DNA from: a virus
Lineage: Duplodnaviria; Caudoviricetes
Reading direction: 5' to 3' (one strand)
Length of the DNA: 54,673 nt
IMG/VR virus record: IMGVR_UViG_3300031939_000377
Coordinates: 1-54,673 of that record
In this document: one piece after another, positions 37,623-46,503 of the stretch
How the letters are laid out: every line of letters starts with the position of its first letter
Position numbering within the stretch: position 1 is the first letter of the stretch
Position numbers and translations under genes: made by a program
Notes under the pieces: model-generated
Databases searched by the model: none
What the model was told of the DNA's origin: nothing
Seen by the model: only the letters and a program-made list of their open reading frames with translations

Positions 37623-38111
37623 CTACGAACTCGCAGAAGGCGGGTTGGTGGGCTCCTTCGGTTGCTCTTCGGGGTAGGTCTGGATAATCAGCGGCGGCGC
37701 GGCGGAGTCGGCAGCTTCGGGTTTCCCGCGCTCTTCCCGGTATGCCGGGTGCCGGCTCTTCAGGACAAACTGCAGCAGGTTATTGTCGATCTTGCGGACG
37801 CAGAGAGGCTGTTTCTCATAATCCGGGACCATCCGCTCGAGTTCCGGATCCCACTTTTCCGGGAAGGCCAGCCCACCCTTATATACGATGGGTTCGTCCC
37901 AGCCGAGCTGGGCGCGTTCGACCGCCACGTCCGAGAGGGCATCGCAGCCCATCTGGAACGCGACTTCGAAGGCTTCCCTGTACTCCTCGCTCGACTGCAG
38001 CTTGGCGTAGTGGTGCGATTTGTCCATGCCGGCGGCTGCCGCCGCGCGGGTGACGTTGGGCATGACGCGGATCGCTGCCAGGAAGGCGTTGAGCTTTGGA
38101 CCGAATTGCAT
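37623..38111 (-). CDS. terS: Terminase small subunit
   Basis: N-terminal HTH AFLAA....NVTRAAAAAG; D..LL.F.LK...P..Y; upstream of terL. Confidence 0.75.
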   Translation of the reverse strand: MQFGPKLNAFLAAIRVMPNVTRAAAAAGMDKSHHYAKLQSSEEYREAFEVAFQMGCDALSDVAVERAQLGWDEPIVYKGGLAFPEKWDPELERMVPDYEKQPLCVRKIDNNLLQFVLKSRHPAYREERGKPEAADSAAPPLIIQTYPEEQPKEPTNPPSASS

Positions 38112-38266
38112 AGAATTCTTCGCGCGCGCGTAGGGTGTCTACTTTCGTGGTCGCGCCGCGGTGCATGAAATGCGCCTAAGATCTTTGTTTTCGGCGGATT
38201 TCGGGGAAAATCGTACGCCAAACAATTGGCTGCCGTACTGCGTTTTGGCGAGCGTAACCCTAGTGT

Positions 38267-38881
38267 TTAGGCATCCAGATGGGGGGTGTCGTAGGGAGGC
38301 TTTCCGTACAGCTTGATTCCGTCGACCACGGTTTGGGTGGGGAGGCCCATTTGCTTGGCGATTTTCCGGAAGCTCATCCCGCTCTTTCTCAGCCGGACCG
38401 CCTCGTCCCGGCGGAAAATCCGCGGCTTCCGCCCGCAGTGAACCCCGCGCTTTTTGGCTTCCGCCACTCCGGCCGTTACCCGCTCGACGATCAGGTTCCG
38501 CTCGAACTCGGCGAAGACTCCCAGGATCTGCATGAACATCCGGCCGCCGGCGTTCTGCAGGTGCGTATCGATTCCCTGGGTCACGCACACGAAACGGATG
38601 CTGAGGGAATCGAAAAGTGTCACGTGTTCGACCAGTTTGGAGATGGATCGCGCGAAACGATCCAGCTTCCAGACCAGGACCGCCTCAAACTTCCGAAGCT
38701 TCGCATCTGCGATCAGGCGATCAAATGCCGGCCGCTTTTTGACGCTGGAAGCCTTTTCCACGTATTCCACGATTTCCCACCCGGCGCGCGCGGCATACGA
38801 GCGCAACTCGGTGAGCTGCATTTCATAGTCCTGGATCTTCGTCGAAACCCGGGCGTAGATGGCCGCTTTGAGTTTGGTCAT
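38267..38881 (-). CDS. Small serine recombinase (resolvase/invertase family)
   Basis: IYARVST, KLDRFARS, FAEFER..I.ER..AG, GR hinge, C-terminal HTH. Confidence 0.92.
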   Translation of the reverse strand: MTKLKAAIYARVSTKIQDYEMQLTELRSYAARAGWEIVEYVEKASSVKKRPAFDRLIADAKLRKFEAVLVWKLDRFARSISKLVEHVTLFDSLSIRFVCVTQGIDTHLQNAGGRMFMQILGVFAEFERNLIVERVTAGVAEAKKRGVHCGRKPRIFRRDEAVRLRKSGMSFRKIAKQMGLPTQTVVDGIKLYGKPPYDTPHLDA

Positions 38882-38887
38882 GGACTC

Positions 38888-39328
38888 TTATACTGCTTCC
38901 CACGGCAGCCCGTTGAACAATCGCTGTTCCGCAGCGCGTCTCAGGACCAGGCCGTCGAGGACCTCGCCGCCGGCGTGGCACCACTTCGGAAACTCGGCCG
39001 CGGCGCCGGCGAAATCTCCGGCATTCAGTTTCTTGATCAGCGTGGATCCCCGCCAGCCTCGCACGTTGAATGCGAACGCCACCATTGCGTCGAACTGGCA
39101 CTGCTTCAGGAAAACTCTGATCGCGTAGGTGACGGCCGCTTCGAAGATAGCCAGGTCCCGGGCGAGTAATTGATCCGCGCGCTCCTGGGTGATCCGGAGC
39201 CCGGGCGTCACATCGGGGCCGGTGTGTCCCCAGCCGATTGTCCAGGTGCCGCCGCTATCCTGGTAGGCCACGAGCTTGCAGCCTTCGAAGTGGCGCACCA
39301 GGGCGGAGCCGGCCGGTGAAGTTTTCAT
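38888..39328 (-). CDS. Endolysin, GH24 lysozyme
   Basis: FEG..L.AY.D..G.WTIGWGHT, QFDA.V.F.FN, GL..RR.AE..LF. Confidence 0.93.
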   Translation of the reverse strand: MKTSPAGSALVRHFEGCKLVAYQDSGGTWTIGWGHTGPDVTPGLRITQERADQLLARDLAIFEAAVTYAIRVFLKQCQFDAMVAFAFNVRGWRGSTLIKKLNAGDFAGAAAEFPKWCHAGGEVLDGLVLRRAAEQRLFNGLPWEAV

Positions 39329-39353
39329 GGGAGGGTTAAATTCTTGCGGCCGG

Positions 39354-39587
39354 TTAATTCTTACTGCCCGGCGTCGGCAGCCGGTGGACGAGAAGAGCGA
39401 GCAGTGCGGCGTGGATCATCCGGCCGGGAAGCTGGTGCCAGTCCATATGGGGCGTAAGCAGTAATTCGTAGAGCGCTTCCGTTGCTCCGCCAAGGGCCAT
39501 GCCGGCGGCATACTGCATCGGTGCCGGCAGCGAGTTCCAGTTGACCGCGAGAGTGTCGCGAACCGATTGGACCAGGTTGTAGGGCAT
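39354..39587 (-). CDS. Putative holin
   Basis: 77 aa with two weakly hydrophobic segments, upstream of endolysin. Confidence 0.4.
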   Translation of the reverse strand: MPYNLVQSVRDTLAVNWNSLPAPMQYAAGMALGGATEALYELLLTPHMDWHQLPGRMIHAALLALLVHRLPTPGSKN

Positions 39588-39593
39588 GATGGG

Positions 39594-40324
39594 TTACGCG
39601 GCCATCAGTTCCGGTTTGCGCAGCCGGGCGCGGGCAATCTCACAGTACTTGCGGTCCAAGTCGAAGCAGATGAAATTCCGGCCGGTGTTCCGGCACGCTA
39701 CAGCCGTTGTGCCGCTGCCTGCGCAGTTGTCCAATACGGTGTCGTCTTCGTTCGTGTAGGTTCTGATGAGGTATTCCCAAAGAGCGACGGGCTTCTGGGT
39801 CGGGTGAAACTTTTCCTTGTCACTCTGGAATCGCAACACGGTCTTGGGATATCGAAAGCCGTTGTTCACGCGGCGCACTCTCTCGAAAAAACGGTAGTTG
39901 CTACTGAGCCCCCCCCACCGGAAATATAGGGCTTGCCGGGTTCGAATTGCGGGTTATACGTGGGCTGGTTTCGATAGAACACCAGGACATTCTCATGTGA
40001 TTTGAGCGGGGCCTTGTTCGCGTTCAGGAAGCCAGTTCCTTGCGCCTTTTCCCAGATCCATTCGTATTTCAGCCAGGGCAAATTGCTTGCGCCGAGGGCC
40101 TTATCGAAAGGGCTCTGTGCCGTCAGGACAACCACGCCGTTCGGTTTCAGAATCCGCTTGTATTCTGCCCACAGCGCATCGAACGGGATAATGACGTCCC
40201 ACTTGTTGGCCGTGGTCCCATAGGGCAGGTCGCACAGCACCATGTCCACAGACCCGGACGCCACGCGCGGCAAGAGGTCCAGGCAGTTGCCCTGCGTAAT
40301 GGTGTTCAGGCCAATAGGTTTCAT
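39594..40324 (-). pseudogene. Beta-class N6A/N4C DNA methyltransferase split by a frameshift at a G8 tract
   Basis: DLPY (motif IV) in 39866..40324; HPTQKP and DNCAGSGT (motif I) in -1 frame; G8 at 39909-39916. Confidence 0.85.
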
Positions 40325-40533
40325 ACGATTTTGGATCGAAGTTTTTCGGACCGCTGGCCGATGCGATTGGCCGCGCGCAGCGCCGAGCGAATGCGGGTTC
40401 GCTCTTTACTGCAGGAGTCGTATTCCGGGACCAGATCCGCGAGCACGGTAAAGATGATGGTCAGATCGCTGTTCGTTTCGCTGGTGGCTCTTTCAATCAG
40501 GATGGCCAGCAGATCATCGTCGGGCCAGGACAT
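40321..40533 (-). CDS. Hypothetical protein
   Basis: ATGA-coupled ORF. Confidence 0.45.
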   Translation of the reverse strand: MSWPDDDLLAILIERATSETNSDLTIIFTVLADLVPEYDSCSKERTRIRSALRAANRIGQRSEKLRSKIV

Positions 40534-40543
40534 TCAGCCGCCA

Positions 40544-41335
40544 TTAGAAGACTCCGCCGTGCAGTCCGGCGATCCCCACCCCGAGCGCACCTTTGCCGAT
40601 CGCTTTGAAGTAGTCGCGCTTCTTCATCGGATGGGGAACGACGTATTTGGCAGTCCATTGGTGCCCGTCACTCAGAATGCCGTGGAAGTCGCCTTCGATC
40701 CTCACGAAATTGTCTGCGAGTTCTGGGAACTTCTCGGTGAACACGCCGCCGACCTTCAGCGCCTCACCCAACAGTCCGGTCACACGCGAATGCCAGCAGC
40801 CGCCGTAACCCGTGCCATCCGCCTGCTTGCAGGTGATCTCCGGTTGTAGGGCCATCCAGGACGGCCGCAGTTCCGCGCCCAGGCGATCGGGCACGGCTGC
40901 GTATTTGTCGGCCAGCAAGCCAAACTTGCGTTCCGTGTCGGCCAGATTATCCAGCGCCGGCTTCGCGCTTTGGTGCAGGCCTTCGGCGAGCGTCAACGTC
41001 CGGTCCACCCGCGGCGCCAGGTCCTTCCGCCAGGCTGCGATTTCACCGAGGCCGGCATCGAACCGCGTGGCGATCAGATTCCGCGCCATCGCCGGCACGC
41101 CGTCTACCGTATCCACCATCCGGTTGACCGGCGGCATCAGATGAGTGGTCAGCCAGTCGCCCACGAACTTGCGTGTCTCGTCTCCCTGCTGCGCGATCGC
41201 TTTCGGCACCGCGCCCACGTTGGCACGCTCCGCGTCGAGCAATCGATAGGAGGGTATAGTCAGCGCGATCAAACAGACGGACGCGGCCAACGCGAACGGG
41301 TGCATCGAAAAGATGCGGGCGAAGAAGGATTTCAT
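40544..41335 (-). CDS. Membrane-anchored helical protein (possibly lysis accessory)
   Basis: N-terminal TM segment, coiled-coil body. Confidence 0.55.
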   Translation of the reverse strand: MKSFFARIFSMHPFALAASVCLIALTIPSYRLLDAERANVGAVPKAIAQQGDETRKFVGDWLTTHLMPPVNRMVDTVDGVPAMARNLIATRFDAGLGEIAAWRKDLAPRVDRTLTLAEGLHQSAKPALDNLADTERKFGLLADKYAAVPDRLGAELRPSWMALQPEITCKQADGTGYGGCWHSRVTGLLGEALKVGGVFTEKFPELADNFVRIEGDFHGILSDGHQWTAKYVVPHPMKKRDYFKAIGKGALGVGIAGLHGGVF

Positions 41336-41342
41336 AAAAGCT

Positions 41343-41597
41343 CTACCGGCCGGCGGAAACGGGTATCCAGCGTTTTTCCCGTTCGTCCATCTGGGTCTGC
41401 AGGCGGACGATGGCGTTTTCGAGGCGCATCAGCGTGGCATCGAGCGACCTGTTCGTCTCCGTGGCTTTGGCCGCTTGCACTTCTACCGCACTCAGGCGCG
41501 TAGAAAGAGAGCCATATTGGACCGCGAAGCCCAACACCAGGACCGCGAAGGTCAAGATGTGGCCGAGGTCAATCTTCCAATCAATTTTCATGGCCAT
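41343..41597 (-). CDS. Single-TM coiled-coil protein
   Basis: IDLGHILTFAVLVLGFAVQYG followed by coiled coil. Confidence 0.55.
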   Translation of the reverse strand: MAMKIDWKIDLGHILTFAVLVLGFAVQYGSLSTRLSAVEVQAAKATETNRSLDATLMRLENAIVRLQTQMDEREKRWIPVSAGR

Positions 41598-41627
41598 TTT
41601 CAATTCGGGTGCTACCCTGAGTGCGTA

Positions 41628-41951
41628 ATGGGCGCTCACAAAGTTTGCAACCAATGCGTTCTGAGCCGCCTGGATGAAATTCGTGCAACTCAAGCTCGCA
41701 TCGAAACGAAGCTAGATGCACTTTTAGCACTGGAGAACAAGCAGATGGCAGATCTCACGGCATTGACCGCGGAAGTCGAACGGAATACCAGCGTCGAGAA
41801 GTCGGCGCTGACACTGATTCAGGGATTTGCAGCGCAACTGGCAGCCGCCGGTACCGATCCGGTGAAGCTCCAGGCTCTGCAGGATCAGCTGAAATCGAAT
41901 GACGACGAGTTAGCCGCTGCAGTGGCGGCCAATACACCGGCTACGTCGTAG
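41628..41951 (+). CDS. Coiled-coil protein (alternative internal start MADLTAL at 41745)
   Basis: MADLTALTAEV..NT.V..SA..LI.G...LAAAV.ANTP; GGAG RBS before internal ATG. Confidence 0.6.
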   Translation: MGAHKVCNQCVLSRLDEIRATQARIETKLDALLALENKQMADLTALTAEVERNTSVEKSALTLIQGFAAQLAAAGTDPVKLQALQDQLKSNDDELAAAVAANTPATS

Positions 41952-42171
41952 AGCGTAGCGTCGACTGCAGAATAACCGGAACCGAAGGCCGGGCGTAGTA
42001 GCTCCGGTCTTCGATCCGTTCTTTCCAGATCCGTTCCCACCTGGCGCAATCGCAGTTCGGTTGGCGGCAGGAGCAGCCGGTGTCTTTCCGGCCGTAAGAA
42101 TTGCTCTTGATGCACTTGGGGCAGACGCCGCAAAAGCACCGGTTGTTCCGGCACTTGCTGCGGTCTTTCAT
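41941..42171 (-). CDS. Cys-rich small protein
   Basis: Multiple CxC/CxxC clusters; CAGGA RBS. Confidence 0.45.
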   Translation of the reverse strand: MKDRSKCRNNRCFCGVCPKCIKSNSYGRKDTGCSCRQPNCDCARWERIWKERIEDRSYYARPSVPVILQSTLRSTT

Positions 42172-42192
42172 GCGCTGTCCTGCAGGACTGCC

Positions 42193-42522
42193 CTACGCTG
42201 CCAACTGGTTCACCACGGCGCCGAAGATATCGGCGGTCTCCGTCGGGATGCGTTTCAGCGTCCAGACATTCTCCGGGTTGGTCTCGGTCTCGTGGCGGTG
42301 CGAGTATGCCCGCGGGTCACCGAACTTGTCTTTGAGGCGCGATTCGTCGCCCTGAGAAATCAGCAGAATGCGAACCGGTTCGCCGCGATGGCGCTTGCGG
42401 ACGATCGTCGCGTTCGGCGCTTTCAGGAGATGGATCGCCCGGGGCGAGCCGATGGCTACACGTTCGATGATTCGGCCTTCGGTGTTGCAAACCGGAATTT
42501 TTTGAGGCGCGGAGGTGCTCAT
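42193..42522 (-). CDS. Hypothetical protein
   Basis: ORF at head of late region. Confidence 0.55.
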   Translation of the reverse strand: MSTSAPQKIPVCNTEGRIIERVAIGSPRAIHLLKAPNATIVRKRHRGEPVRILLISQGDESRLKDKFGDPRAYSHRHETETNPENVWTLKRIPTETADIFGAVVNQLAA

Positions 42523-42580
42523 ACAGTCACAAGGCGGACTATGTTTTCGGACCGGCCCGGCGGTCGCGCGCGTGGGATCA

Positions 42581-42604
42581 GATACTGTACATATGTGCAG
42601 TATC
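42581..42604. promoter_or_regulatory. 24-bp palindromic operator containing TACTG-N10-CAGTA (E. coli-type SOS box pattern)
   Basis: GATACTGTACATATGTGCAGTATC; intergenic; one mismatch from perfect dyad. Confidence 0.65.
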
Positions 42605-42624
42605 CGGCCGGCGCGTGTGAGGTC

Positions 42625-43035
42625 TTACGCTGCCTTCGGCAGCTCGATCACGGGCGCGAGTCGCGCCACGGCTTTCACTTTTCGTTTTCCGGTGCGGGCC
42701 TCAATCTGAAGCGCTTCCGCAGCGGAATTGCCGATTTTTTCCGACAGAGCCTTGAACGTCACTTCGCAGACCGTCAGGAAGTGTTTCAGTCCGCCGACGG
42801 CCTTACATACCGCGGCCATCGATTTCCATTTCTTCTCGATCGGCTTTTCGCTGAGCTGAATATCGAAGTGGGGGGCCGGGATGGTCAGCGCCTGATCCGC
42901 CGGCAAATCCGGGTACCAGCTGCGAATAATGTCCTTGAGCGCGTCCAGCCGTTTTTCTTTCGGAGCCCAAGCCTGGCCTTCCGAATAGAGCCTGCCGAAT
43001 TCATCCATCAGCCGGCTTCGCTCTTCGCTTTCCAC
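42625..43035 (-). CDS. Hypothetical phage protein
   Basis: 136-aa ORF. Confidence 0.6.
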   Translation of the reverse strand: MESEERSRLMDEFGRLYSEGQAWAPKEKRLDALKDIIRSWYPDLPADQALTIPAPHFDIQLSEKPIEKKWKSMAAVCKAVGGLKHFLTVCEVTFKALSEKIGNSAAEALQIEARTGKRKVKAVARLAPVIELPKAA

Positions 43036-43167
43036 GAATTAAGTGTGCGATAAATAACGAGTTGAAAACAATCTGTAAATTGGTGGAGTTTCGGCAGAAC
43101 CCACCGGAATTATGGGAATTTTGCGGACTTCCCGGTACACTTAGTACTAGGTTGGGGCCCGCGGAGC

Positions 43168-43458
43168 GTGTCGACAAAGAATAGATTCTCCCGACGTGAT
43201 CGGTCGATCTTGGAGCTGTTCTCCCTGGGGGCAAACACCAAGCAGATGGCGCACGCCCTCGAGATCTCGGTCAGCACCGTCAACTTCCACATCGCCAGGA
43301 TCTGTAGGCTTGCCGGGGTATCCCGTTCCGAGTTGGTGATTTACGTCCTGCAATACCCGGAGGCGCTCAAGAGAGAAGGCCGTCCGGGTGTTGGGCTGCA
43401 TTCACCCAACTGCCCTTGTCCCGCTCCTTATTGCATGGGGATGAGGAAAGAAGCATGA
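43168..43458 (+). CDS. LuxR/NarL-type HTH regulator with C-terminal H/C cluster
   Basis: FSRRDRSILEL...GANTKQMAHALEISVSTVNFH..RI..L.G...R.EL; H..NC.C...YC. Confidence 0.8.
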   Translation: MSTKNRFSRRDRSILELFSLGANTKQMAHALEISVSTVNFHIARICRLAGVSRSELVIYVLQYPEALKREGRPGVGLHSPNCPCPAPYCMGMRKEA

Positions 43459-43517
43459 AGAGCAAGAATTCGTTCTTTCTTCTTTTCGTGCAACGTGGGG
43501 GACTGCGGTTCGCGGGG

Positions 43518-44123
43518 CTAGGGTTGGGCCAGCGAAGACGAGCGCCTCTGACTGTTGCGGCGCGCCTCGGCACTGGCCAATCCCGCCTTACGTGCAATCG
43601 CCTTTCTCTGGTCAGCCGAGAGTTTTGCTGATCGAGCCTTGCCGCCTGCCTTGCCACCAGCGGAATGGAACGCGAGACGTTCCTCTTCTGAAAGATTTGA
43701 TAGATTCGCCATGCGCGCAGCGCCGCCTATCTTTCCAAGGGCGACAGCGTGAGAGTTTTTCCCCCTCTTCCCCGATTCGCTGGGCATACGAAAGCCGAAT
43801 GTCGCTTCGGTGGCAGAAGGCGACAATATCTTCTCGGGGTCGGTACGGGCCTGAGCATCAGCGCAGGCCTTGATTATTTCAGGGAGCGTCGGAGGCGGTA
43901 GGAGGCCGTATTTCGAATCTGCAATTATGCCCCTGCCTGTGTGGGCTTCGCGTTCAAGTTCGACCCGGTGCTTTTCAATATAGTCGCCGATTACAGCTGA
44001 AACCGAGAAGCGCTCACCGTCTTCGCAGCGCTTCAGCGCGACACTTTTCACCAGGTCGTACGTCCGCTTTCGAAGTCGGAGCGAAACGAGAACGCTTTTG
44101 TCTGTAGATTCTGATCGCTTCAT
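43518..44123 (-). CDS. RHH-like N-terminus fused to basic KGG/histone H1-like tail
   Basis: VLVSLRLRKRTYDLVK...SVSAVI; KNSHAVALGKIGG...GGKARSAKLSADQRKAIARKA. Confidence 0.6.
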   Translation of the reverse strand: MKRSESTDKSVLVSLRLRKRTYDLVKSVALKRCEDGERFSVSAVIGDYIEKHRVELEREAHTGRGIIADSKYGLLPPPTLPEIIKACADAQARTDPEKILSPSATEATFGFRMPSESGKRGKNSHAVALGKIGGAARMANLSNLSEEERLAFHSAGGKAGGKARSAKLSADQRKAIARKAGLASAEARRNSQRRSSSLAQP

Positions 44124-44127
44124 AGCT

Positions 44128-44977
44128 TCAATTTCCTTCTCCTTGGTCCCTTCCCCTTCGGTACGGCACGCCGGACAACAGGCTGATGTGCCGCACAAAG
44201 GACTCCGGTAGAAGATAGCCTTCTCCGCAGAAAAACTCGGAATCGTTACGGTTACAAGAAACCAATCCTGCCTGAAGGCGGTGCGTGCTGCCCTCGGGTG
44301 TATGACTGCAACGAAGATATATACGCAAAAGCCATTCCAGATCAGTGGAACAAATGCGTGCTGATCCGACGTTTATCCTGAATCGACGTTCTCGCAAGTC
44401 GCATGGACAGAGAGGACCGCGGGCGGCCCGGAGAGCGGCCTGATCAGTATCAAGAAATGCCATCATTCGTTCGTGATTGTGAAGCCAGATGTAGAAGCGA
44501 ACGGCTTCCGGATGGACTGGCATATCGAAGCCCCATTCACCATATCCTGGCTCTTCCCATCGGCCTTTACGGTTCCAATCCCAGTGGCCGTCGTCGAGCC
44601 TCAGTCGCCACGCAGGCTCTTTCCGCGCGGCTTCCTGCATGGTGGGCCTGGGGGCAGAAATCGCACTCGTCTTCAAGGGCTTGAGCGAAGCTAGCCGCTT
44701 CGCAACTCGGGCCGACATCTCAATCGCTTTCGCTTTAAGCAGAGATATTCCCGGCTCTGGAAGCAACAATGTCCGCTTCGCCGCATTGCAGCGGCGACAG
44801 GCCAACGTATAGTTTTCGAGGCTATCGGCCCCGCCTTTTGATCTCGGGTGAATGTGCTCGACTTGCAGAAAGCTGGCCTCGTGCTCCAAGCCCGCAATAC
44901 TGACAGCGGCGGGAATACAAATCGATCAGAATGGCCCGAACTTTAGCGGGTAAGACGGGCTGCGCCTCAGATATCAT
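44128..44977 (-). pseudogene. HNH endonuclease with +1 frameshift after the first CxxC
   Basis: ATG 44977 frame gives RCQYCG; next frame gives VEHIHPRSKGG...NY..AC..CN..K; one extra base at 44890-44893. Confidence 0.75.
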
Positions 44978-45132
44978 TTCGCCGCTTTTTTCTTCGCAGT
45001 CTTCCGGCGGCCGCCCCAGCGCGCTTCGTTCATCATCCGCGCGTGTTCCCTTCGCTCTTTCAGGGATGTTTTCGCCCAGCGCTTTTGAGCGAGTGCAGAT
45101 GCGGCCTCATCTCCGCCTGGTTTCTTCGACAT
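44974..45132 (-). CDS. 52-aa basic protein, paralog of 50160..50342
   Basis: MSKKPGGDEAASALAQKRWAKTSLKERREHARMMNEARWGGRRKTAKKKAAK. Confidence 0.7.
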   Translation of the reverse strand: MSKKPGGDEAASALAQKRWAKTSLKERREHARMMNEARWGGRRKTAKKKAAK

Positions 45133-45192
45133 CGCCCAACAGTTTATCCTTGCGCAAATATCCTAATGCAGACGGTAGAGATGGTATTCTCT

Positions 45193-45224
45193 AAAAAAAG
45201 AAAAGGGCCGACGTAATCGGCCCC
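45193..45224 (-). terminator. Intrinsic terminator (leftward)
   Basis: GGGCCGA-TTACG-TCGGCCC followed by TTTTCTTTTTTT. Confidence 0.8.
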
Positions 45225-45308
45225 GTATGTTTTTGGTGGTCAGCGCAGCAAGGTGTTATCAGCACCTTCTTGAACGTGTGGTGACCGAGTGTCGTTTAGA
45301 AGTTTGTC

Positions 45309-46463
45309 ATGAACGCATTCGTGTTGTCCAGCGACGCTGCCATCCAATTCGGGCCGAAACGGCCCTGGTGGACGGAAGCAATGGAACGTATACTATCTGA
45401 GTTTGCGCCCGGCCGGATCGACAAAGCAGGACAGATCCTCGTCAGATCTGATGTCAGCGGAGCCGAAATGAATGCCGCCCAAAATCTCATGAACAATTGG
45501 CGGTCGGCGCATGGACATCCACTCGAAGTTGCAGTCAGGTCGTTGCGCAAGGCAGCTAGCGAAGTGAGCGACACCGTCATTATCGGAGAACGGCTGAAGC
45601 GCTTGCCGTCAATCACGGCGAAGTTGTCAAAGCAGCCAAACATGAAGCTCTCGCAGATGCAGGATATCGGCGGGTGCAGGGCGATCCTTCGAAACATGGA
45701 TGAACTCCAGTCTTTGCTGAAGCCCTCGCGCGATGTGGAGAGCGGACTCTTCGCTGATATCAAGAAGTACGATTACATTGCTCAACCCAAAGCCAGCGGT
45801 TATCGTAGCGTCCACTTTGTTTGGCGGTACCGATCCGATAGTCCCGCCAATAAAACCTATGACGGCATGAGGATTGAAATACAGGTTCGGTCCGCGCTGC
45901 AGCATGCGTGGGCGACGGCCGTAGAAATGGCATCGACGTATCGAAGCGAGGACTTGAAGGGCGGCGCCGGCGATGAAAAGTGGATCAGGTTTTTCGCGCT
46001 CATGGGGAGCGCCATCGCACTCAGCGAACGAAGTCCTATTGTGCCCGGAACGCCCGTAAGAAAAACGCAACTGATACGGGAATTGAAGTCTTTATCCGAA
46101 GACCTGAAGGTTTGCAACCTGATGCGGCGATGGTCCGATATAACCGCGATTCGCGATGATCACAGCTCTGAGCCGGCGCGATTGTTCCTTGTGACATTAA
46201 GGGAATCAGACTACCGGTGGTTCCTCGATGTCCGGTCTTTTCCTGGAACCAAGAAAATGAATGTGCAGGAAGAATACCTGAACGCAGAAAAGGAGAGCGT
46301 CGGGCGAAATAACGTGCAGGTTGCGCTGCTGTCGGTCGAGTCGATCGATATCTTACGATCGGCATATCCGAACTACTATGGGGACACTTCCGCGTTCATT
46401 ACAGCCTTAGAGCAGATCCTTCACGGAAGAACGGAATCTCCGGTCTTCGGGTATCGGAGCTGA
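45309..46463 (+). CDS. RelA/SpoT-domain small alarmone synthetase family, fused CapRel-like toxin-antitoxin (start may be 45381)
   Basis: RLKR..SI..KL, MQDIGGCR, DYI..PK.SGYRSVH, EIQVR..LQHAWATAVE; C-terminal LR.AYPNY.D. Confidence 0.85.
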   Translation: MNAFVLSSDAAIQFGPKRPWWTEAMERILSEFAPGRIDKAGQILVRSDVSGAEMNAAQNLMNNWRSAHGHPLEVAVRSLRKAASEVSDTVIIGERLKRLPSITAKLSKQPNMKLSQMQDIGGCRAILRNMDELQSLLKPSRDVESGLFADIKKYDYIAQPKASGYRSVHFVWRYRSDSPANKTYDGMRIEIQVRSALQHAWATAVEMASTYRSEDLKGGAGDEKWIRFFALMGSAIALSERSPIVPGTPVRKTQLIRELKSLSEDLKVCNLMRRWSDITAIRDDHSSEPARLFLVTLRESDYRWFLDVRSFPGTKKMNVQEEYLNAEKESVGRNNVQVALLSVESIDILRSAYPNYYGDTSAFITALEQILHGRTESPVFGYRS

Positions 46464-46503
46464 GCCCATTAGAGCCGCGATCGCCAGGGTGCGGCCAGCG
46501 ATG

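Noticed and set aside
41589-41597. Met-Ala-Met dual start as holin/antiholin
   Set aside because: Only one TM segment and no charged residue between the starts
38186-42552. CCGAAAAC motif upstream of terS and 42522 as a late or alternative-sigma promoter
   Set aside because: Too short and similar strings occur inside genes; cannot be distinguished from chance
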